DNA from: an uncultured Planctomycetia bacterium
GTDB taxonomy: Bacteria; Planctomycetota; CAYHQZ01
NCBI GenBank assembly: GCA_964358555.1
Contig: CAYHQZ010000004.1
Coordinates: 1 to 39,196, forward strand
Reading direction: 5' to 3'
Length of the DNA: 39,196 bases
This document shows, piece by piece, positions 32,783 through 39,196 of this stretch. The notes under the pieces are model-generated. The model worked only from the letters and a program-made list of their open reading frames with translations, was not told where the DNA came from and made no database searches. Position 1 is the first letter of the stretch, and every line of letters starts with the position of its first letter. The position numbers and the translations under genes were made by a program.

Positions 32783-33439
32783 TCATGGCTTCTCCTTCTC
32801 GCGGTGCATGTTGTCGTCATTCTTCGCCGGGTTCAGGCTGGGACTTGGTTTTTGCACGGGGCGCTCGGGTCGAGTCTCTCCCGTATGCGGATCGAGGGAG
32901 AACGATTCCCACCGTGAAAGCTGCATATCCCCAAGAACCCGCCTGTCATTCCCGCGTCCCCTAAGCAACATATCGCTTTCGACTAGAAGCCGGTCTCCCT
33001 CCCATCGCTTTACCCGGATTCCACCGGGATATGGATCTACCTGCAACACAACGTTCCACTGATCCTCAAGGAGATCCTCCACATCAACCACCACAAGCCC
33101 AGAATCTCCCTCGCCCACCGTCGCCACCGCGAGCCATCTACCACTATCAGAAATCTTGAGGTTCATAACGGACCGCCCTCCACTCGCCGTGCCGATCAGC
33201 TTATTCTCGTTTCCCAGCAAGAACCACTGTGGCCCCTCACGCGTACAATTTATCACCAGCAGCATTCTTCCGTCGCCCATCTCCTCGTACGCGATTCCAC
33301 TCTCTGTAGCCACTCGTCCTACATAGATATCAAGGGGGTGGCCCTGCGCCTCACATCCCGTCACGCCTATCGATATTAGGATTATCAGCCTACGGAAGAG
33401 ACATCCTGCCACAAGACAAAACGCCGTTTGAGAATACAC
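32783..33439 (-). CDS. Hypothetical exported protein, possible lipoprotein (lower GC)
   Basis: Open frame with hydrophobic LIILISIGVTG-C (lipobox-like) and a beta-rich body (SDSGRWLAV..VGEG, DPYPGGI...WEGDRLLVESDMLL). Start uncertain (33439 or 33445). Confidence 0.5.
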   Translation of the reverse strand: MYSQTAFCLVAGCLFRRLIILISIGVTGCEAQGHPLDIYVGRVATESGIAYEEMGDGRMLLVINCTREGPQWFLLGNENKLIGTASGGRSVMNLKISDSGRWLAVATVGEGDSGLVVVDVEDLLEDQWNVVLQVDPYPGGIRVKRWEGDRLLVESDMLLRGRGNDRRVLGDMQLSRWESFSLDPHTGETRPERPVQKPSPSLNPAKNDDNMHREKEKP

Positions 33440-33483
33440 GACCAATCCAAGATGCTTTTCAAAGATCCGCGCTGTCGGTGGCG

Positions 33484-33746
33484 TCACTGCGCCCTCACCA
33501 TGACCGTGACGGTTTGAGGCTTGGAGCGCGCGTAGGAATCCTGCGCAACGAACGTAAATGTGTCTGTCCCAACGAAGTCTTCCCTCGGTGTGTACGTGAC
33601 GCAGCGTCATCCGCGCCAGAGGCGACGGCGAACGTTGCCGTCTCGGTCGAGGCGAGAGCGGTTCCGCCAAAGGGCGGAGAGAGCGGGAGGAACAGGAGCG
33701 AGAGGAAAAGGGAGAGGCACAGGCGGTTCCGCGCGGCTGGAGTCAT
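33484..33746 (-). pseudogene. Collapsed remnant of a large secreted Ig-like-repeat protein
   Basis: MTPAARNRLCLSLFLSLLFLPLSPPFGGTALA-STETATFAVASGADDA (signal peptide and domain start) is joined out of frame to VTYTPREDFVGTDTFTFVAQDSYARSKPQTVTVMVRAQ* (Big_9/tandem-95-like C-terminal half). Confidence 0.65.
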
Positions 33747-34327
33747 CCGGCGATTCCCTTCTCGGTGCGAGGGCGCTGAAGTGGACGGAGCATAGATAGA
33801 AGGATGGCGAGTCGTCTGACTCATTGGAGACTTCTCCCGGGGGACTTCCCATCGGCAAAGGTTCCGGTGGGTCGTGGGCCGCATGAGGATCTGCGTTCTA
33901 AATATTCAAAGTAACGTTCTCGCGGGGCACGGGCAAAGGAAAACAGAGAAAGTTCCGAGGCTTGGCGTTTTCCATGCCGAACCGGTGCCCCGGAGGGTTG
34001 TTAGCAAGGACGCAGCTGCCCTGTCATAGCCCGTCCCGTGACATGCCCTACGGCGCCCGAAGAAATCCGCTGGGCGCGGCACCGGGCATGTGTCCGCTAC
34101 CCGGAGCACGGCGTGGGCCTCGCGTTGCCCTCTGCATGGCGACGGCGCGGATGTGCACTTCGCTCCATGCACTGCCACCGGTCTTCTTCGCCTTGGTGCG
34201 ATGCCTGCGCTTCGCTCCCGTACCAATCGCCCCCGCCCTTTGGCCCCTTCCTTATATACAGGACACATGGGGGACGTACCTCGCAACCTTCTCGAATTCC
34301 AATGGTTATGGAACAGTTACGCCTCTC

Positions 34328-34729
34328 CTAAATCCAGATCACGTCCACCTCGCCCTCGACTTCCTTGAATTCCTTGTCCCCCGTCACGAGGGAAGCCTTG
34401 CGGGCCTTCGCTAGGGCGGCGGCGAAGCAGTCGGCGTAGGCCATTTTTCGGGTTGCCTTCAGTTCGGCGGCCATTTTCGCGAGCGGCCGGTCCGCATCCA
34501 CGATCTCGATGGGAAGCGTCTCGAGGATGCGGATCATTCGCTCCCCGACCTCGCGCCCGCCGGTGCGAACGGCGTTGTAGTAAACCTCGCCCCAGTTGAC
34601 GACCGAGAGGAGGAGGGGATGGTCACGATCCTTCGCTTGCTTCACCAGTTCTGCGACCTTGGCCCCTCCGGGTTCGTCCTCCAAGAAGGCGATGACGGCG
34701 AAGGAATCGAGGACCTTCTGCGCGCTCAT
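34328..34729 (-). CDS. vapC: VapC-family PIN-domain toxin
   Basis: VLDSFAVIAFLEDEPG, SVVNWGEVYY, MAYADCFAAALA, LVTGDKEF. Confidence 0.92.
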   Translation of the reverse strand: MSAQKVLDSFAVIAFLEDEPGGAKVAELVKQAKDRDHPLLLSVVNWGEVYYNAVRTGGREVGERMIRILETLPIEIVDADRPLAKMAAELKATRKMAYADCFAAALAKARKASLVTGDKEFKEVEGEVDVIWI

Positions 34730-34956
34730 CGATCCCGCTCCCGCTTCCGATCCTCGACGAGGGACCGCAGGATCTTACCGCCGGTCTTGAGCGAGCCCCG
34801 CAGGCTGTCGATGTACTCATCCGTGACGGGCCGAAGGACAATCTCGTCGGCGCGCTCGATGAAGCATACCTGGGTGCCTTTCTTGATCCCGTGGCGCCGG
34901 CGAAGCCGGGAGGGAATCACGACCTGTCCCTTCGTGGTCACGACCGCGCTTTCCAT
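34726..34956 (-). CDS. AbrB/MazE/SpoVT-family antitoxin
   Basis: MESAVVTTKGQVVIPSRLRRRHGIKKGTQV.F. SD GGAGG precedes the start; ATGA overlap with vapC. Confidence 0.88.
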   Translation of the reverse strand: MESAVVTTKGQVVIPSRLRRRHGIKKGTQVCFIERADEIVLRPVTDEYIDSLRGSLKTGGKILRSLVEDRKRERDR

Positions 34957-34990
34957 GCCTGCCTCCTTCCGAAGTATGCCTTTCAAATAA

Positions 34991-35019
34991 AGTATACGTT
35001 TTTGTTGAAAGTAAGTCAA
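34991..35019 (-). promoter_or_regulatory. Sigma70 promoter of the AbrB-VapC operon
   Basis: Minus strand TTGACT-N17-TATACT in an AT-rich patch, overlapped by the imperfect palindrome TTTCAA...GTATAC...TTGAAA (34981-35010). Confidence 0.8.
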
Positions 35020-35117
35020 AAATAAAATAGGCACCCAAAGAAGGAATCGGCCCCATCACTCCATCCCTGCCGCCATCTCCGGAATCATTCCGACGGCAAC
35101 GAAAGGATGATGCCCAA

Positions 35118-35146
35118 ACTTGAGATCGCAAATTGCGATCTCAAGT
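35118..35146. repeat. Perfect 14-bp inverted repeat downstream of treZ
   Basis: ACTTGAGATCGCAA-A-TTGCGATCTCAAGT. Confidence 0.9.
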
Positions 35147-35160
35147 CGCCCGGCTCGCCT

Positions 35161-36993
35161 TCACGCTCCTGGTTCGCGCACGTAAAGAGCGTAGGCGCGC
35201 GCCGGGAGGCGCAGGGCGGCGGGGCCGTCGGAGCGGAGGCGGGCGGGAAGCGGGCTGCCGGGGCCGTTCCAGCGGGCTTCGGCGGAGTCGAGGATTTTTC
35301 GCCACCCGCCCGCGGGCAGCGGGAATACGGCTTCCGACGGGGCCTCGCCGAACGAGAGGATCCCGAAGGCCTCCGAGCCTTCCCCCCGGCGCCGCCAGAA
35401 GACGGCGCTCGCCGGTTCGAGAACGCCGGTCTCCTGGCGCTCGTCGGTCGGGCGGGACAGCGCGGGGATTTCCCGGCGGAGCCGCAGCAGTTCCCGGTGC
35501 CATTCGAGGAGCGTCCGGTTCGGCTCGCGGTTTCGGAGCGACGCGTCCAGCCTCGAGCGCTCGAACGTGGATTCGGCCTGCGGGTCGGGCGGGACGCCGG
35601 AGAGGCCGGAGGCCGCGTATTCCGCGCGCCGGCCCCGGCGCACGGCGTCGGCGAGGCCTTCGTCCAGGTAGCTCGTGAAGAACGGAAACGGCGCCGTCTC
35701 GCCGTATTCCTCGCCCATGAACAGAAGCGGCAGGAACGGCGAATGGAGGACCGCGCCGGCCGCGAGCTTCAATCCCTCGAGCCCGACAAGCGAGGCGAGC
35801 CGCTCCCCCCTTCCGCGGTTGCCGATGTGGTCGTGGTTCTGGACGCTCGAGACGAACCGGAACGGCGGGAGATCGTCGGAGGGCCCGCCGAACCGCCGGC
35901 GGCGGTAGCGGGAATATTCCCCCGTGAGGCCGAATCCCTCGCGGAGCGTTTTCGCGAGGATGCCGAGCGAGCCAAAATCCTCGCAGGGGCCGGCGCGATC
36001 ATTCGTCAGGAGGGAATGGAGCGCGTGGCGCAGGTCCTCGGTCCAGACGGCGTCGAGGCCGAGGCCGCCGGCCGCCGCGGGCCTCACAAGGCGGGCGTCG
36101 TTTCGGTTGTCCTCGGGGAAGAGGAACACGCTCCGCCCCAGCCGCGCCCCGGCCGCGCGGACCGCATCCGCGAGCTCCCGGAGGAACGGCTGCGGGGATC
36201 GATCGAACATCGCGTGGGTCGCGTCCAGCCGGAGGCCGTCGAAATGGAATTCCTCGATCCAATACAGCGCGTTTTCGATGAAGAAGCGCCGGACCTCGTC
36301 GGAATCCGGGCCATCGAGGTTCACGGCCGGGCCCCAGGGCGTGGAGCAGCGGTCCGAGAAATACGGGCCGAACTCGGCGAGGTAGTTGCCCTCGGGGCCG
36401 AGGTGGTTGTAGACGACGTCCAGGACCGCGGCGAGCCCGCGGAGGTGGCAGGCCTCCACGAACCGCTTCAACCCCGCCGAACGGCCGTAGGTGTTCTGGG
36501 GCGCGAAGGGATGGACCCCGTCGTATCCCCAGTTCCGCGCCCCCGGAAACTGCGCGACGGGCATCAGCTCGACGGCCGTGACGCCGAGCGCGCGCAGATC
36601 GTCGAGCCTCCCCGCCGCCGCGTCGAACGTCCCCTCGGGCGTGAACGTCCCGATGTGGATTTCATAGAAGACGTGGTCCGGAAGCGCGATCCCCCGCCAG
36701 CCTGCGTCCCGCCACGGAAACGCGGACTCGACCACCTCGGAGGCGCGGTGCACGCCGTCCGGCTGCGAGCGCGACGCGGGGTCCGGCCGCTCCTCGCGAT
36801 CGTCCAGGCGGAAAAAATACCGCGCCCCCGGCGCGAGGCCGTCTGCGACGGCCTCGAAATGCCCGGCCCCCGCAGCCTCGAGCGGGATCCGCCGCTCCAC
36901 GGGCACGGCCACGAGAACCTCGGCCTTCTTCGCGAGCGGCGCCCAGACCCGGAACCGGACGCGCCCGCCCCCCAGCCATTCGGCTCCGATCAC
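35161..36993 (-). CDS. treZ: Malto-oligosyltrehalose trehalohydrolase (GH13)
   Basis: FRVWAP, DPASRSQPDGVH, RNWGYDGV, DVVYNHLGPEGNYL, GLRLDATH, QNHDHIGNR, LFMGEEYGE..PF.FF. Confidence 0.93.
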   Translation of the reverse strand: MIGAEWLGGGRVRFRVWAPLAKKAEVLVAVPVERRIPLEAAGAGHFEAVADGLAPGARYFFRLDDREERPDPASRSQPDGVHRASEVVESAFPWRDAGWRGIALPDHVFYEIHIGTFTPEGTFDAAAGRLDDLRALGVTAVELMPVAQFPGARNWGYDGVHPFAPQNTYGRSAGLKRFVEACHLRGLAAVLDVVYNHLGPEGNYLAEFGPYFSDRCSTPWGPAVNLDGPDSDEVRRFFIENALYWIEEFHFDGLRLDATHAMFDRSPQPFLRELADAVRAAGARLGRSVFLFPEDNRNDARLVRPAAAGGLGLDAVWTEDLRHALHSLLTNDRAGPCEDFGSLGILAKTLREGFGLTGEYSRYRRRRFGGPSDDLPPFRFVSSVQNHDHIGNRGRGERLASLVGLEGLKLAAGAVLHSPFLPLLFMGEEYGETAPFPFFTSYLDEGLADAVRRGRRAEYAASGLSGVPPDPQAESTFERSRLDASLRNREPNRTLLEWHRELLRLRREIPALSRPTDERQETGVLEPASAVFWRRRGEGSEAFGILSFGEAPSEAVFPLPAGGWRKILDSAEARWNGPGSPLPARLRSDGPAALRLPARAYALYVREPGA

Positions 36994-38987
36994 ACGTTCC
37001 TTCGCTCGATCCGGAGGATGTGGGCCGGCAGGACGTGCGGGTTCAGACGGATGTAGTTCTGCTCGGACCAGGCGTAGACGGCGCCGGTGAGCAGATCGCG
37101 CACCTCGTAGCGGGCGCCGGGACCTGCGCCCGACACATCCGGCGGGACGCGCACGGTCGCCTCCTGGGTGTGGTGGGGATCCAGGTTCACCGCCACGAGC
37201 AATACGTTCGATCGGTCCGGATTCGCCTTCGCATAGACGAGGATCTGGTCGTTGTTCGACTCGAGGAACCGGATGTTCGCAAACGACTGCAGCGCCGGGT
37301 TCTCCCGGCGGATCCCGTTCACCTTTGAAACGAGGTCGTTGATGTTCCCAAGTGTGTTCCAGTCGCGCACCTTGATCTCGAACTTCTCCGAATCCTTATA
37401 TTCGACGTCGTTGGCGAACGACTGGTGCTTGATCCAGGCGTTCTCGCAGAGCTCGAAGCCGCTGTAGATCCCATAGGAAGGCGAAAGCGTGCCTGCGAGG
37501 ATCAGGCGGATCATGAACGCCGGGCGGCCGCCGTGGACCAGCCCGATCGGCAGGATGTCCGGGGTGTTGGCGAAGAAGTTCGGCCGGTAGAACTCCCGCG
37601 CGTCCGGATGCGCGAGTTCCTGGACGTAGTCGATGAGCTCCTGCTTCGTGTTGCGCCAGGTGAAGTAGGTGTAGGACTGGGTGAAGCCGATCTTCGCGAG
37701 GTGGCGCATCATCGGCGGGCGGGTGAAGGCCTCGGCGAGGAAGAAGACGTCCGGGTGCTTCCCCTGGATGTCGGAGATGAGCCACCGCCAGAAGGACTGG
37801 GGCTTCGTGTGGGGGTTGTCCACGCGGAAGATCCGGACGCCGTGGTCGATCCAGTGCTGGAAGACGCGCCGGATCTCGGTCCACAGCGCCTTCCAGTCGG
37901 GCGTGTCGAAGTTGAGCGGATAGATGTCCTCGTATTTCTTCGGCGGGTTCTCGGCGAAGCGAATCGTCCCGTCGGGCCGGCGGTAGAACCAGTCGGGGTG
38001 CGCCTTCACCCACGGATGATCCGGCGAGCACTGGAGCGCGATGTCCAGCGCGATCTCGAGACCGTTCGCACGGCAGGCCGCGACGAAGTGATCGAAGTCC
38101 GCCATCGTGCCCAGGGCCGGCTCGACCGCGTCGTGGCCGCCCGCCGACGAGCCGATCCCCCAGGGGCTGCCGGGGTCGTTGGGGCCCGCGGTGAGGCTCG
38201 CGTTCCGGCCCTTGCGCTTCGTGACGCCGATGGGCGAGACGGGCGGGAGGTAGAGAACGTCGAAGCCGAGCCGCGCGATCTGCGGGAGCCGCGATTCCGC
38301 CTCGCGCAGCGTCGAGGCCTTGCCCGGCACCGTTCCCTGGGATCGCGGGAACATCTCATACCACGAGCCGAAGACGGCGCGCCACCGATCGGCGACCGCC
38401 TCGAGCCAGGGCGTCCGCTCGACGGCGTCGGCGCGCGGCGAGAGGCGGGTCATCGCAGGTTCGACCGCCTCCGCCGCCTCGAGCCAGCGGCCCGGCGCGA
38501 GGCCGGCGTCGCCGAGGCGGCGCAGCGCCTCCCCGATCGCGGCGGCGTCCCCGTCGCGGGCGGAATTCCGGACGACCGAAAGCAGCGCCGAGCCCTCGAC
38601 CCGCTCGCTCGGAAGCCCCGTCATGCCCGCCTTCACGCGCTTCCGGAAATCGGCGAGCCACGTCGCGTAGCGGTCCGTCCAGGCCTGGATCGTGTAGAAG
38701 TAGCGGGCGTTGCGCGCGAGGTGGAACCAGCCCTCCCAGAAATCCAGCCCCGGGTTGATGCAGCGCATCGGCGATTCCATGACGGAGCCTTCGGGGCCCT
38801 CCCGCCACCGGATCACCACCCGCATGACGTCGTGCCCGTCGCGGAACACCGTCGCCCAGACCGGTAGCCACTCCCCCGCCAGGCGCTTCAGGGGATACGC
38901 GCCTCCGTCCACCGCCGGGACGACGTCCTGGATGACGATGTGCGTGGAAGCCGGAAGCCCCGGGGCGCGTTCTTTCGTCGGTCTCAT
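36990..38987 (-). CDS. glgE: Alpha-1,4-glucan:maltose-1-phosphate maltosyltransferase
   Basis: FRDGHD, WYEMFPRS, RKGRN, QCSPDHPW, AENPPKKYEDIYPLNF, FRVDNPHTKP, LAEAFTRP, QSYTYFTWRN, NTPDIL. Confidence 0.95.
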   Translation of the reverse strand: MRPTKERAPGLPASTHIVIQDVVPAVDGGAYPLKRLAGEWLPVWATVFRDGHDVMRVVIRWREGPEGSVMESPMRCINPGLDFWEGWFHLARNARYFYTIQAWTDRYATWLADFRKRVKAGMTGLPSERVEGSALLSVVRNSARDGDAAAIGEALRRLGDAGLAPGRWLEAAEAVEPAMTRLSPRADAVERTPWLEAVADRWRAVFGSWYEMFPRSQGTVPGKASTLREAESRLPQIARLGFDVLYLPPVSPIGVTKRKGRNASLTAGPNDPGSPWGIGSSAGGHDAVEPALGTMADFDHFVAACRANGLEIALDIALQCSPDHPWVKAHPDWFYRRPDGTIRFAENPPKKYEDIYPLNFDTPDWKALWTEIRRVFQHWIDHGVRIFRVDNPHTKPQSFWRWLISDIQGKHPDVFFLAEAFTRPPMMRHLAKIGFTQSYTYFTWRNTKQELIDYVQELAHPDAREFYRPNFFANTPDILPIGLVHGGRPAFMIRLILAGTLSPSYGIYSGFELCENAWIKHQSFANDVEYKDSEKFEIKVRDWNTLGNINDLVSKVNGIRRENPALQSFANIRFLESNNDQILVYAKANPDRSNVLLVAVNLDPHHTQEATVRVPPDVSGAGPGARYEVRDLLTGAVYAWSEQNYIRLNPHVLPAHILRIERRNV

Positions 38988-39086
38988 GGAGGGCGGATTC
39001 TAACGCCCTCCCCCCGCCCCCGACGGCGGCGCGATCCTTCGTATTCCTGGAAGGCGGGAAGAATCGGTCGCTTTCGTCAGGGATGC

Positions 39087-39196
39087 AAACCAGGCACGGG
39101 CGAAGGGCGCGGGCTCGGCTCTTGCTCCCGGTCTCCGCACAGTCCACGGCCGGTAGACGAATACATGGCGTTGGACCGTGTTCCGGACCTTCGGTC
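39087..39196 (-). repeat. Second copy of the structured noncoding motif, truncated by the window edge
   Basis: 39087-39185 aligns without gaps to 7174-7272 with 11 substitutions. Same orientation, upstream of a minus-strand gene (glgE). Confidence 0.85.

Noticed and set aside
32601-32786. 61-aa ORF coupled to the hypothetical lipoprotein
   Set aside because: Low-complexity translation with no recognisable motif.
33962-33990. Sigma54-like GG-N10-GC motifs (e.g. minus TCGGCATGGAAAACGC)
   Set aside because: The TTGC match is weak, such spacing arises often in GC-rich DNA, and the site is far from a credible start.
33906-34414. Several short ORFs on both strands between the islet and vapC
   Set aside because: No protein-like features or RBS. 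Treated as noncoding.

Overview
High-GC (visually about 70%) bacterial chromosomal window, probably Planctomycetota/PVC (inferred from the long GreA, a DUF1559-type helix, HEAT protein and futalosine-pathway gene). In order it contains: a 5'-truncated bacterial alpha-2-macroglobulin whose bait region holds about 6 hydrophobic helices; brnTA; a 269-bp MITE; mqnE; a 235-bp TIR/TSD-bounded element containing a structured, probably double-pseudoknotted RNA-like motif that recurs at the far end of the window; long greA; a GT4 glycosyltransferase; mlaEFD; der; a frameshifted toxin with DUF2283; a HEAT protein; a histidine kinase and OmpR-type regulator; a translationally coupled 10+5+10 heme cytochrome c operon; a pteridine-reductase-like SDR; an MFS transporter; an ADP-ribosylglycohydrolase; a Memo/AmrB protein; a lower-GC islet with a collapsed adhesin gene; AbrB-VapC; treZ; and glgE. 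The most promising novel items are the repeated structured noncoding element, the membrane-embedded-bait A2M and the 25-heme operon. No rRNA, tRNA or CRISPR array was seen. All family calls come from motif recognition by eye, not from database searches.
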